A stretch of DNA of 60,000 nt from Squalus acanthias. Taxonomy: Eukaryota. Positions 1 through 13,439 of the stretch are shown one piece after another. Below the pieces are notes generated by a model, which ran no database searches, had not been told where the DNA came from, and saw nothing but the letters and a program-made list of their open reading frames with translations. Positions within the stretch are counted from its first letter, which is position 1; each line of letters begins with the position of its first letter. The position numbers were made by a program, and so were the translations under genes. The stretch is from positions 23,066,001-23,126,000 of the forward strand of contig CM059433.1 of the NCBI GenBank assembly GCA_030390025.1, read 5' to 3'.

Positions 1-146
1 GCCTATGGGCACAGACCAACTGCATATTTCTGTTGGAAAAGGCGATGGCACTAGGGGGTAGGGGCCCATATAGTTGCCTGCATGCCATCAATAACATGCT
101 GCACATTGGCGAATCCAGCCAAATGGTAAAAGTGCAGAGTTTGTAG

Positions 147-1915
147 GGTTGATTTCCCCCGGATACTTTAGGTGCGAAAGAGCCTCCGAGTTGGCTAAGA
201 TGGAGTCTTAAGCTGAAGTGCCGGTTTAGCCCGCGTTTAGCGCAAGACGCCCTCTTGGTAAAGCAATTGAAGCTTGCGTTAGGAACGGCTGCCCGGAGGC
301 TTGTTAATGGGCTGATTGCCACTTAAATTTCCTGCTAGCACTCATTAAGGAGACTGCACGGCATTTTGGTGGATAACGCTTGACATAACGCCTTCTCCTA
401 ACAGCGGCCAGCTGATTGGGAGTAAATTAGTCGTTGCTGAGGAGTTTGAGTGCTACTTTAAGGTATATTGGGGGAGTAATTCATTATCGCCCCGTTTGGG
501 GACGGTAACTTCTGAAAGCTGGGAAACTTAGCGCCAGGCGCTAATGATTCCAAGCTTTCCCGAAATTGGGTTTAGCACTCCAGGATGGAAGTGGAGCACT
601 AAATCAAGCACTTCACTTCCTTCCTGGAGCGCTAAAGGACGCAGGCGGGGCGGGACGTGTGCAGCGCTGCCGTGTTCCGAGGCTCCTTCCCTCCCTTAAA
701 GGGAAGGGCCTTCGCTGCAGGCTCTGCATTGGGACCAGTCAGCTGGTCCCTGACGGCAGCCATGATCCGGCCCGATCAGCCCCATGCACTCCAGCAGAGC
801 GCCGGGCTGATCGATCGCGGCCCCGGAGAATTGAAAAAAAAATTGAGCAAAACCATTTCAGCAATTTATGTACTTACCTCGGCAACCTCCCCTTTAACTT
901 TCGCCCCCGAAGCGCCCGGCCTCCCGATCAGCACCTCCTGCAGCTGTCGCTGTCATCGCCCGGCGATGCTGCAAGGGGCGGATCCGGGGCGCTACCGGCC
1001 GATGCGCACAGCAATGACTTCACAATCTCCGGGCGAAGGCGATCGTGGCGCAAAGTCTTACCGCCACCGCAAACCTTTCACCGAAGTTCGCGGGAGTCGT
1101 TCATCTCGGGCGGTAAGTCGTTAGCACCCCATTATCGCCCCCCTAGGGGCGCTAACGGGAGGTGCTAACCTACCGAATTTCTCCCCCACTATCGTTTACT
1201 GTTCACTTGCTGCTGGAGGTTTGAAGAGAACTTTTGAAACATATCGGGAGACTTTCTGGGACACTTCGTCAAATCTTCACCAACACTCTGTCAACATTTA
1301 TTCTGGAAATTCTCTGAGGACTTCACCTATAAAAGTGTGAGTGCTGTGCTACTCCACCTTATTGGACACCTTATATGAGTCACCAGGAGAAAGGGAGTGC
1401 TTGGTCATGGGCATCTTGTTCGGGCTCCCCCTTGATCTGCAGGAGGAATGGGAGAAGGACATGAGGCCAGGCAGAGCAGCACCAGCTGCTGCAGGAGAGA
1501 GGGACAGGAGGGCGAGGTGGACTCCTTCCCCTCACGGGTACAGGACATCCCTCCTCCTCTGGACCTCCTCCACCAGGACGTCCAGTACCGCGTCCGAGAA
1601 CCTCTGCGGCATCTCACTTGGTCCCTGAGCCATGTTGAAACCTGCCGCTGTGTGTCAACCAGTACACTCCACACCTTCAGTGGAAGTGGGTGCATGGAGC
1701 CCTCATATACTGCTCCTCGCAAATTGCGTTAAATTAGCGCTTGAGTGCTGAACCTGCAGGTGTCTATTTGAGCACCTCCAGACAAGCTTAAATTATGGTA
1801 ATCAGCAATTAGGACCAAAATTGCGTGCGAAAACCAGACTTTCAATCAGGCCGGTCTTATTGTCACATCATGCACTTAGCGCCTGTTTTCACCCTTTCAC
1901 CAAAATAAGCCCCCT
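147..1915. mobile_element. Non-autonomous Harbinger (family C): transposase 5' stub (+) and Myb 5' stub (-) joined by a deletion, interrupted by a nested element at 470-1187
   Basis: Colinear with 4425-5473 except for the 470-1187 insert. Right end is CACCAAAATAAGCCCCC. Encodes MGILFGLPLDLQEEWE (+) and a FSDAVLDVLVEEVQRRRDVLYP-type Myb stub (-). Confidence 0.75.
470..1187. mobile_element. Harbinger-type MITE nested in family C element
   Basis: TIRs GGGGGAGTAATT / AATTTCTCCCCC, flanks ATT/ACT. Absent from the paralog near 4741. Right subterminal region resembles 46380-46568. Confidence 0.8.
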
Positions 1916-2342
1916 TTTGTGTTACTATTTGTTTATCATGGGGAAATGGATCAATTAGCTCCGGCAGACTAAGGACCTGTAACCTGTATCATCCAAGTGT
2001 GCCTTTTAGGTTGGAAGATGTAACAGATATTGTAGCAGATTATCCTGTTATTGGAGCACACGGGCACCATGAATAAGGGTAAATTGTGTGGGGAGTACTG
2101 CATGCTGGCACCAAAAGTCACTTGATTAATTTAATTGGATGAAAAATCAGGCAGGTTCCGTTACCGATGTGCACTCCTTCCCGCCCAATCTTCCTCCATT
2201 TGCTCCACCCAGGCAATCCAATATGTCAGAGGAGGGAGTGATGAGGGAGGAGACTCCTCACACTGAGATATGCCCGTAGGATGTGGGTTCCTGCCAACCC
2301 CATGCCTGCCTACTAACCCCGCAAACTCCGGGGGTGGGGAAT

Positions 2343-2631
2343 TTTTTTTTTCCCACAGTGCAGATAGAGGCCATTTCGGCCCATTGAGCCTGCACCGACA
2401 CATATCACACCCTATCCCCATAACCCCACGTATTTAATCCCCCCTAACACTAAGGGTCAATTTATCATAGCCAAATCAACCTAACCCGCACATCTTTGGA
2501 CTGTGGTAGGAAACCGGAGCACCCGGAGGAAACCCACGCAGACATGGGGAGAATGTGCAAACTCCACACAGACAGTCACCCGAGGCCGGATTCGAACCCA
2601 GGTCCCTGGCGCTGTGAGGCAACAGTGCTAA
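2343..2631 (-). mobile_element. HE1-like V-SINE (tRNA-derived)
   Basis: V-domain GGAAACCGGAGCACCCGGAGGAAACCCACGCAGAC, a B-box-like GGTTCGAATCC on the minus strand, and a CR1-like 3' tail. Confidence 0.8.
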
Positions 2632-3299
2632 TTGTTGGGGGCGGTGGGGGGGGGGGGGGGGGTCAATGATGAAAGGCACCAGTGAGCCATTGTTGTACTG
2701 TTTTTATCCTGATGAGTTAATGCCTGCAGTATCCAATGTTCTGGTCTGCAAAAGTTAGCTTCAGTCTAGCACCTGAGGCAGCACAGTGCCTAAGAACCCA
2801 ATGTGTATCATGGCATGAGGGTACTGTTCCTTATATACTGACTGGCATCAATCCATCTCTGCTTGGTAGTCTCACACCAGTTGGACAAATTATCCCACGT
2901 GTGTGGCAAGATAATGCTTGCAATGTACAGTGAGTGCACCAGTTCCCTTGACATTAAAAATGACCCTGTCAATGTGTTTATATGTAATTTCTTTGTCCAT
3001 TATTTTAATGAAGGCATTAATCCATTTAATGTTGTATTGAATTTTGTAGAAAAGCATGAGTGCATTTATTACTATTATTGCAAATCATAAAACTGTTCAT
3101 TGTCCGAGCACTGACATTTTTCACCTTGATGAGCACAAAACAATGCTAGGTTGGTGATGGGGGTTTTCAGGACCAGGAAGAGTACATGTGCCCTACCTGT
3201 TTTATTTTATGGATCCTGTAATCTCCCAGTTTTAACAATTATACGGTCACAGATTCTATTTAATATTTTGCATATTAAAATTAAAATATAAAATATAAA

Positions 3300-4225
3300 A
3301 TTAAAGCACATGGGATTGGGGGTAATACACTGGCATGGATTGAAAATTGGTTAACAGACAGGAAATAGAGAGTAGGAATAAATGGGTCTTTTTCGGGGTG
3401 GCAGGCGGTGACTAGTGGGGTACCGCAGGGATCAGTGCTTGGGCCCCAGCTATTCACAATATATATCAATGATTTGGATGAGGGAACCAAATGTAATATT
3501 TCCAAGTTTGCTGACGACATGAAACTAGGTGGGATTGTGACTTGTGAGGAGGATGCAAAGAGGCTTCAAGGCGATTTAGACAAGTTGAGTGAGTGGGCAA
3601 ATACATGGCAGATGCAGTATAACGTGGATAAATGTGAAGTTATCCACTTTGGCAGGAAAAACAGAAAGGCAGAGTATTATTTAAATGGTGATAGATTGGG
3701 AAATGTTGATGTACAGAGGGACTTGGGTGTCCTTGTACACCAGTCACTGAAAGCAAACATGCAGGTGCAGCAAGCAGTTAGGAAGGCAAATGGTATGTTG
3801 GCCTTCATTGCAAGAGGATTTGAGTACAGGAGCAAGGATGTCTTACTACAGTTGTACAGGGCCTTGGTGAGACCACACCTGGAGTAATGTGTGCAGTTTT
3901 GGTCTCCTTACCTAAGAAAGGATATACTTGCCATAGAGGGAGTGCAGCGAAGGTTCACCAGACTGATTCCTGGGATGAAATTTCTTCACTCAGAGGGTGG
4001 TGAACCTGTGGAATTCTCTACCACAGAAGACTGTGGAGGCCAAGTCACTGAATATATTTAAGAAGGAGATAGATAGATTTCTAGACACAAAAGGCATTAA
4101 GGGGTATGGGGAGAGAGCGGGAATATGGTATTGAGACAGAGGATCAGCCATGATCATATTGAATGGCGGAGCAGGCTCGAAGGGCCGAATGGCCTACTCC
4201 TGCTCCTATTTTTCTATGTTTCTAT
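3300..4225 (+). mobile_element. CR1 LINE 3' fragment (RT, internally deleted)
   Basis: ORF 3408-3887 has GVPQGSVLGP and KFADD motifs; the tail is TTCTATGTTTCTA. Confidence 0.9.
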
Positions 4226-4424
4226 TCCTAGTCTGGAAAAGGGGCAGGTACAATATTTTACAGACATCTTTCAGTCATTGTTAAGTTATAACTCAAGATA
4301 CATCTGCAAACTAATAGATTGTTAATGGGTATTTCTGCAGCCATTCAATGGAGAAACAGAAACATTTTAACTGGTTATCAGTGGAATACTAAAACACATC
4401 TGCAGTCTCCTAATGGGGGATTTC

Positions 4425-5473
4425 GGGGGCGATTTTCGACAGCTTCTTCAAGAGCTAAAGAGTCTCCGAGGTGGCCAAGATGGAGTCTTGAGCTACAACG
4501 CCGGTTTAGCCCACGTTTAGCGCAAGGCGCCATCTTGATAAAGGAGTTGAAGCTTGCGCTAGGAACGGCCACCCAGAGGATCGTTAATGGGCGGATTGTC
4601 ACTTAAATTACCTGCTCGCACTCATTAAGGAGGCTGCGCGGCATTTTGGTGGACAGCGCTTGTCCTAACGCCCTCACCTAACAGCGACCAGCTGATTGGG
4701 AGTAAACAAGTTGTTGCTGAGGATTTCGAACGCTACTTAAAGGTATATCGCCTTTTAATCTTCACTTGCTTCTGGAGGTTTGAAGAGGACTTTTGAAACA
4801 CATCGGGAGACTTTCTGGGACACTTTGTCAAGACTTCACCAACACTCTATCAACATTTATTCAGGAAATTCTTTGAGGAGTTTACCTAAAAAGAGTAAGT
4901 GCTGTGCCACTCTACCTTATTGGACACCTTATAGGAGTCAACAGGAGAAAGGGAGTGCTTGGTCATCGGCATCTTGCTAAGGGTCCCCCTTGGTCTGGTG
5001 GGGGAATGGGAGGAGGACAGGAGGCCAGGCGGAAGTAGCACCAGCAGCTGCAGGAGAGAGGGAGAGGAGGGCGAGGTGGAGGTCTTGCCCCCTGCGGGTA
5101 CAGGACATCCCTCCTCCTCTGGACCTCCTCCACCAAGACCTCCAGTGCCGCGTCCGAGAAGCTGTGCGGCATCTCACCCGGTCCCTGAGCCATCCTGAAA
5201 CCTGCCACTGTGTGTAATCCAGCGCACTCCACACCTTCAGTGGAAGTGGGTGCGAGGAGCCCCCATGTGCTGCTCCATGAAAATTGCATCTAATCAACGC
5301 CTGCGTGCTAAACCTGCAGGTGTCTATTTGAGCACCTCAAGGCAAGTTCAAATTATGGTCATCAACAATTAGGACCAAAATTGCATGCTAAATCCGGACT
5401 TTCAAACAGGCCTGTCTTATTGGCACAGCACCAATTTGTGCCTGTTTTCACCCTTTCACCAAAATAACTCCCT
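4425..5473. mobile_element. Non-autonomous Harbinger (family C), second copy
   Basis: Ends GGGGGCGATTTT ... AAAATAACTCCC. Minus-strand stub FSDAALEVLVEEVQRRRDVLYPQG is the start of a Myb_DNA-bind_5-type domain. Homologous to 147-1915. Confidence 0.75.
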
Positions 5474-6409
5474 TTGGCACACAACATCATTCACTCTCAT
5501 ATCCCTGTTGAATTCCCACTTCTTTTATTTTTTTCCTAATTGTATCTGAATGCCTTTAAAATATGATGCTTCCGGTAAATACAGAGACCACTGCAGTCCA
5601 AAGGGCTTCCTGATCTTATGAGCGGAGTTATTTTCTTCTAAAGCATGAGTCCCAAGTCACTTACCCAATTTATAGGGGTGATTTTCTGAGTTTGACCTGC
5701 CAGCAGGGAGCCTTGCCCCCGGTAGCCTGACCTCCAAAAATCAGCTATACTGCACAAATTGGTTGCCACATTACATCATAGCAGCAGCTGCTGCACTTCA
5801 GAGGCAATCCATCGGTTGTTAAGCACTTTGGGACGTCCTGAGGTTGTGTTGCTCGAGCAGAAAAATGCTGAGCTCAAGCATGAGTTGTTCACAATCCTCA
5901 CTAGACAGAAAGAGGAATGGTTTGTGGAACACAGGCAGAGAAAAGTAAGGTGCAGGGGAAATGACTGACCACTCATAGGGCGGGAAGGAGAAACAGAGAG
6001 GAGCAAGAGACCCCTGTGCATCTGGAACTGTCCAATTGCTATTCAGTGCTGAGTGTCTGTGATGGGGACAAGATCGGAGATAGAGGTCAGAGTAACTATA
6101 TGCAATGCCATGGGGCTGGGGTGGAGCAGGTGGGGGTGGCCCAGGGGCAAAACAAAAGAAGAGACTAGGTGAGGACTCCACCCTTTACAAGTCCAGGCTT
6201 TATTCGAGTGGTTCAGCTGGACTCCTGCTGCAGGTACACTGGGAGTCCAGCGGAATACCCGAGGGAATTCGATCTTTTTCACCTTTTCGATAACAGCGAC
6301 TGTAAGATTGTGTTACAAAATGCAGTATTGTGGTTGCACTAGTATGAAACCCTCTGCTTTTTCATAATAGCCCGTGTTAAAACAGGAGACACTAGAAAAA
6401 CTGAGGTTT

Positions 6410-6795
6410 TATTTCATTACAGCAGAGAAGGTTAAGAAGAGTTATGATAGTGATGTTCAAAGTTCTTAAGGGCTTTGATAAGATAAACTTTTCGGGAAAG
6501 ACTGATTGGTGAGTTAGTAACTGGAGGACATCAATTTACGATCACCACCAAAAGAATGAAGTAAGAGGTTCGGAGAATTGTTTTTTTTACCAGAGTTTTG
6601 TTAGGACCCACGAGAGTGGTGGAAGCAGAATCTGTAATCGGTTTTAAAATGGAAGTGGATACATATTTGAAAAAGAAAGAATTAAAAGGGTATGGGGACA
6701 GGGCAGGGGAATGGGACTTAGGGCGTAGCTCTTTCACAGATAGAACACAGGCAGAATGGACCAAATGGCCTCATTCTGTGCTGTAAATGGCTCTG
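6410..6795 (+). mobile_element. Degenerate CR1 3' end
   Basis: FKMEVDTYLKKKELKGYG-type C-terminus followed by the AATGGCC..TCTGTGCTGTA 3' motif. Confidence 0.75.
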
Positions 6796-8018
6796 AGGTT
6801 TGCAAATAGAGGGAGAAGCCTCTTCTACCACCATTGTGGCTCCCGGTACTTAGTTTTGTAAGTCTCAGTCTCCGCTTCAGAAAAGAATGGGTGAAGATTG
6901 GGGCAGGGGAAGAATTTGTCACAACATTACAGCAAAATCTGGTCCAATATCTTAGTACTGTGCTCTCCTGCACATGATGCTTCTGGCAGCAAGAGTTACT
7001 CACTGACAGCACATATTGGAAATTTGGGAATGCATGATTATCTGACAATAATCAAAAAATCGTGAGCAGTGCACCCTGTTTTTCCAATACGTGCTGCTAT
7101 TGATCAAAACTTGTAAAGTACCTCTCAGATGTAAAATAGCATTCCTTATCCAATAGCAAATCTTAGTCTATGTGTTATATTCATGTATGGCTCATGGCGT
7201 AGGCTGTAAGAGGTTCATAATGGAGAATTTCATATACTGCAGGATTTTTGTCGCAGATCATTTTCTTTACTGGTGAGTCAGGTCTGATTGCACAGTATGA
7301 TAACTCACTGCTGTGTTGTGCCATACAATATAATGGATGGTGTCCACGTGATCATCTTGGCCTGACGATTAAAAAGAGATGCCAAGCGGATGGGAGTCAC
7401 TTTCTGCACAAGGTAGGAAGGAAAACTGGCAAAAATTCTCCTCACATATTCCTCCTTAAAGCCATTTACAGAAGATTTTCTCTGTGTACTAGTTGTGAAA
7501 TCGTAATCCAATTTATATATAAAAGCAGGTCTACAACCTTACTGGACAGACCGAGAGGAAATCTTTCGCTGGTTTTGGCAGAAGACTGGAAACTGGAAAT
7601 GAATGGAGCAGATAACGTTTTTTAAAGAAAATTGGGGATTTAAACTAAAATGGATTTATTTTGATACTCTTTGGATGGTTAAGAAGTTTTTCAATAGCGC
7701 ACATTGTGGAAGAGTGAATTCAGCCCTGCTGTTTGATTAAAATAAAGAAACCGACTCCCAGTGCTGTGCGCTGCTCAACTGGTTTAAAACCAGCAGTAGA
7801 AGCTCAAGAGAAATGTGGAAACTGGTTAGTATTTTGCTGCACACCTGTTGAAGGTGCTGCAATTGTCAGTAAGGTGGCAGCATGTCAGGGTTGAATCCTG
7901 TCTAACGACGAGCGGCCCATACATACAGACTCCAAATGAACACGATTGGAACTCCTTACTTTGTAAACTGCTGCTGCAGCTGCTACGCCTGATATGGAAT
8001 CCAGCACAAAATCTTTTT

Positions 8019-8751
8019 AGCCCAGATTTCGCTGAAAAAATAACGGCGTCTGAACAACGCATGGCGTTATTACTTTGCAAATCGGCCATCAACGTGTAGC
8101 CAGGAAGAGATACCCCGTGAATTGCGAATCGCCACAAGTTGCTGGCCGATTCGCGCCGCTCCACCATTAGTCAAAACGGCATCTTGCCCTTAACCTCCAT
8201 GTGATTTTCATGAAGTTGCTGCACTTGCACATTAATGACCCGTTAAACTCGCCACAGAAAGTTAAGTCTAGTAATTAATACCGTAAGTACCCTTTTAACA
8301 ACATGATAATTGTTAATGACTGCCAATCAACCTCTCTTGCCCAGAAATTAAACAATTATAAGTATGGAGTCTCATTCCTTCAGGTTGTGAATTGTTTTAG
8401 GAGATTTTAAGTTTAATTTTTTTCTTACTTTTCCTTTCTGTCTCTTTTTTCTCTCTCTCTTAATCCAATCTTTCTTTCTCTTTATTTCTCTTTCTCTACC
8501 TGATTTGACATTGAATTCACCCACTCTAATTCACCCTCCTTCTCAATTCTTTAATCTCATTGGTTAAGGAGATATCCTGTTGGTCCTGTTGGTTTACCAA
8601 GGTCAGAGATGTCCTGTGCCCTCGCTGCACCATTATCAGCTTGCACATCCAACAACTTTTTGCGCAAAATGTTTTAAAATTTAAATATGCGCGAACAAGT
8701 CTAACTAATGGGGTACGCTGCGAGATGCCCCACTCCAGCAAAATCTGGTCT
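8019..8751. mobile_element. MITE, probably Harbinger-related
   Basis: Imperfect TIRs AGCCCAGATTTCGCTG / CAGCAAAATCTGGTCT with CpG-rich subtermini. Confidence 0.6.
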
Positions 8752-11073
8752 AATATCTTAGTACTGTGCTCTCCTGCACATGATGCAAATTATTTTATAG
8801 CACTAGTAGTCCCTTGTGCCATATGTAATTGATAATTGAACAATTGATATTTGGAAAGGTGCTGTAGGATTTCAATTTCAAGCTAGTCTCACAAACTATG
8901 AGCATGTCATATATATTATATTTCAATTTCATTTAAGATGGCTTCAACAACCATAAATGTTAACTTAGGTCTCTCTGTAACAAATTTGCTATCATTGACC
9001 ATACTCAGTTGTTAAGTGCGCAGCCTGGTGTGGAACTGAGCCACACAGATCAGGAAGTTCCCAGGATCTGTCCCTGGCTTGTGCTAAGTTAGAACATCCC
9101 AGCTGGGCTGACGTTTGGGGCATTTCAACTGGGTTGAGTGATCCTCGGAAGGAAGGATTTCTGCTATTACTTGCTAGTCAGTGGACACCCTGCTAGGAAG
9201 TGAACATGTATGGACATCAAGAGAGGACAGGATGGGCTCACTCTGATGCCCCACAGTCAAGTCATTTGGTACTGGATGGTGGTCAGTACTTGTGGAACCA
9301 TATGTTGGCATGAACCTTTGGGAAATGAAGAAAAGGATAAACCCCTTCAACTCATTTTCTTTATCAATATGTTAAATGAGTACTATATTCATTAAACAGC
9401 TGTTGTGTAAACTTTTTTGTTTCCAAATATGCAATAGATTTATGCAAATCTGGTATCATTGCAGCATTGCATCACTTATATGTAATTACATTGGGATCGA
9501 AACTCCTATTTTGTGAAAAATGGGAGAAATGCCTATTTATTTTTTTTTAAATATAGATTAACCAAACCTCTAATGAAATTCCAGGAAACCACTGTGACAA
9601 AATAGGAAAGCTTTATCTTTGTTTTTACAGGATTTTAAATAGCAATAGTCACTAAATTAAAAATGGAGGCTGCTCCTTTGCTGAGCTAGAAACTCAGTCT
9701 GTGAGAATAGATACGGTTTCATTTGATGAGGAATTAGCTAAGGCAAAAGCTGTCTTTGATGGGGACGGGGAATTAAAATGCTAATGTAATGAACATCAGT
9801 GTTGTGTGACGTAGCCTGTTATTTGAATCCTTGGGTTATGTGTCAACCAAATAATTTGTCAATTGTGGACTGCTTGAATAAGTTGGCTGCTTAAGACAAT
9901 GTTCAAATAGATTTGCTGCTCCGAAAATGCCTGGCTCTTCCGGCCAGCTCCCTTTATAACTCTGGTGAGAGTTCAAAGGAAGGCCCAGGAGTTAGGCTGG
10001 ACTTAGATACTCCAGTTCCCAGAATTTGCTGGAGGTTTCCCCGAGCTTTGTCAAAACCTCTGTCTATCCCGAACATGGTTCCCCACCTCAGAGCGGGCAG
10101 GGCTGAGGACAGAGAATGCCTATGCCGGGAGTTCCTACTTCCTTGGTTTCACTGGGGCCCTGTGTGAATTTGGAGGCCGGAATGCTCAGTGAGATGAGGC
10201 ATACCGGCTGCCCGAAGAGCGCTAGTGGGCCACACCCTAGGGGTGAGGGGCAGGCTAGGGAAGTAGCTGGACCCCCCCCCAAAATGACGTAAAATATATT
10301 TTCAATAATCGGGCTGAAGAGGGAAATAAATTGTTTCTCTGGGGGTAGAGATGAGAAAGGACTCCCTCCCCCCACCCCGTGCCTGGTAGCAGCAGGTACC
10401 AGAGTGTCAAGCCTGCGTGGGCTAGCAGCCACCTGAGATGCCCTTGTAGTGGCATGGGCACCCACCAGCTCCATGCTAATTAGGGGTCATCACACTGACC
10501 ACACATACTTCGGTGGGGTCACCGCTTGAGGCACCAGCGGGCATGATGTCAGCATAACTGCTGGGATCGTGGCCCATGCTAATTCAGACCCTGCTTCTAT
10601 ATCAAAGAGATCCACTGTATAAATGGCAAGTCTAGTGACCATTTATAAGTTCTGTTCATCGTCCATTGAACAGAGATGTATTATATTCCATAGCCATGAT
10701 GCTTCTTTAAGACCACCAGAGTCTAGGGCTGTTATCAAGAATCAAGAAGGAGTTTAGCAGATTCTTTTCAACAGTCATCCTAGTTGTATGGATTGTAAAT
10801 GATCAATTATGTTGTATAGTATTTTTCTAGGTTTCTGCTTCTGTGAATCGTTTTCATTAGAAATAAACCTGGCCAGTGGTTTAGCCTGCAGAAAGTGTGA
10901 TATTTTCCAGCTTCTGGGTTGACAGAAGATGTGATGAGCATCCTACATGCTCTCCAGTGAGTAATTTACCACATTAGGAGGTAATTCTTAGACTTGAGGT
11001 ATGCTACCTCACTGTGACAAGAGCAAAAGACACAGGCTTCAGGTTGCACCAAGGAACTTCATATAAATGCATT

Positions 11074-11669
11074 CTTCTTCTTCTTTCGTATGGTAGTAGC
11101 AAAAAACAAATTAAAAATTAATACCTAAGTCGGATAGCCAGGCCAAAGCTTCCGGTGTAACAGTGTGGATATCTTGTAGGCTGCCTGCGAATTTCCTCTG
11201 AGGGCAGTGCTCAATGATGTGCTCCAGAGTCTGATTAGGAGCTCCACAGTCGCATGATGGGGATGCTTTAATCTTCCATCTATGGAGAAGGCGGTGGCAT
11301 CTACCATGACCGGTTCTGAGGCAGTTGATGGTTGTCCACTGTTTGCGAGGAAGTTTTGATCCTTCAGGTTGTACTGTGGGCTCCTCTATAAGGAATCCAT
11401 TTGGTATGTCGCAGTTCTTCCAAGCATTTCGCCATCGGTCATCAAGGCTGAGGGGAGATCGCTGAAGGGCTTCAGCGACTGTCCGACATGGCCTTCTAGA
11501 TTTGAGACGGGTTGGTGGTAGGTTGTTCAAGTTGGCCTGGATCGGCATGTCTTTGCTGGTATAGCGGTTGTATTCTCTGGAGCCTGCATATTCGTGGTGT
11601 AGGTGTGGTGGTGCGATGTTTGCAAGCTCAGGCAGCCAAGGTGTTGGTGTCAATAAAAGCGTACTGGTG
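11074..11669 (-). mobile_element. 5'-truncated Ingi/Vingi-like LINE
   Basis: Open C-terminus LRTGHGRC...SPSCDCGAPNQTLEHIIEHCP (CCHC knuckle), tail CCATACG(AAG)n, and 11-bp TSD ATAAATGCATT at 11063-11073 and 11670-11680. Confidence 0.75.
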
Positions 11670-13004
11670 ATAAATGCATTAAACATTCATATGGTAATCT
11701 GCACACAGCATAGTTTCAACATCCTTCTTCTTGGTTATGGTGGGAATACAAATAACCTGGTTAACAGCATACATATACAAGAGTTTGCACTGAGGTATAT
11801 GCAAGATGTATCATACCAGAGGTGAGGGTTTTTTGAAAAGATCAGTTTGCCCTGCAGTTTGGGAAAAGGTAATTAGCAAGAATAAGTATTAAGGAAAGGG
11901 AGAAATTCCATTAGTAATGAAGTTTTATGCAAATAAATTAGTTTTTTTTTGCTTTTATAGCAGAAAGTAACACATATAATTGTGTTTATAACTAATTAAT
12001 ATGCAACACTAATCTCCCAAGCAATTTCAGAGTAATTTCTTACACCTTTCTGCCTATAGGGGATTACATCTATTAGACAGAGTAGCCCTGCATAACCAGA
12101 TTTTCAGTTTTATGAAGGAGTTGCTATGGATACACTGACCTAAAGGACATGAACCTTTCACCTCCTTCAGAAAAGTAGGTTATGCAACAAACTAATTAAT
12201 TTTATGCTCTTAACGTGATTAATTCTGTATGCTTTTGTGATGTTATGTGAATGCAAAGTGCAGAGAATTTCAACCAAGGAAGGTAAATGTTAACATTAAT
12301 AAGTCTGACATTTTGGGGACTTAGTAAACCAAAAACTTTTGATATGAAAGATTCTGTACGATTCTGCTTGTTTCAGTTCAAGTAATCTGCATAATTCTCA
12401 TGATTGCAAGTGTAAATCAATTTTCTTTCTGGAAGAGTAATTAAGTTATATCGGAATTGATTTTTTTTTTTAATTATTTGATTCACCAGGGAGGGCCGTA
12501 CATAGATTGCTGTCAGAAAGACTCTATTAGTATGGTAACTGTCTTCTGTGCAGTCACAGTGTTAGCTATGGCATAAAGTTTGTAAAAGAGCATTATCTTT
12601 TGAAAGTGTACCGTAATTGTCCATTCAAAATACTTCCAAAATATGGGTTAATAAGAGGATAGAGCCATAAACATTAAAGTATATCAATAAAATTTGGAAA
12701 TGAGTATGTTGGGGTGGGGGGGGGGGGCGCAGAGGAGGAATTCCACTAATCACTGTATTCAACATTATACATGAGTTTGTAAAGATTTCAATTACTGTAG
12801 TATTTTGCGGTATGAATTAAACTCATTATACTGGTGCTTGGTTTGTGCCTAGATACCGCATAAATGTCAGGAACCATGGTCCCTGACGATAGCTTGATCT
12901 GCCAGGAGCTGCTCCAAGGCTTGCCTTTCCTGGTCAAAGAGTGCTGGCATGGTCAACTGTTCAAAAGGAAGGCATCATGGAGGCTGCCAGAGAATCAGGT
13001 ATTC

Positions 13005-13432
13005 ACTCAACAACAACAACGATATCAACTTGCATTTCTATAGCGCCCTTAATGTAGTAAAACGTCTCAAGGCGCTTCACAGGAGCGTTATCAAACAAAA
13101 TTTGACACCGAGCCACATAAGGAGCTCTTAGGACAGGAAAACGGTAGGTTTTAAGGAGCGTCTTAAAGGAGGAGAGAGAGGTAGAGAAGGGGAGAGGTTT
13201 AGGGAGGAAATTGCAGAGCTTAGGGCCTCGGCCGCCAATGGTGGAGCGATTAAAATTGGGGATGCACAAGAGGCCAGAATTGGAGGAGCACAGAGATCTC
13301 GAAGGGTTGTAGGGCTGGAGGAGGTTACAGGTATAAGGAGGAGCGAGGCCATGGAGGGACTTGAAAACAAGGATGAGAATTTTAAAATCGAGGCATTGCC
13401 GGACCGGCAGCCAATGTAGGTCAGCGAGCACT
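13005..13432 (-). mobile_element. L2 LINE 3' fragment
   Basis: LADLHWLPVRQCLDFKILILVFKSLHGLAPPY motif and a (TTG)n tail. Confidence 0.88.
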
Positions 13433-13439
13433 CATATAT

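Noticed and set aside
566..1168. 200-aa and 155-aa ORFs
   Set aside because: Chance open frames in a GC-rich MITE with no domain.
2636..2662. Poly-G tract as a functional G-quadruplex (also 12711-12728)
   Set aside because: Simple homopolymer with no supporting context.
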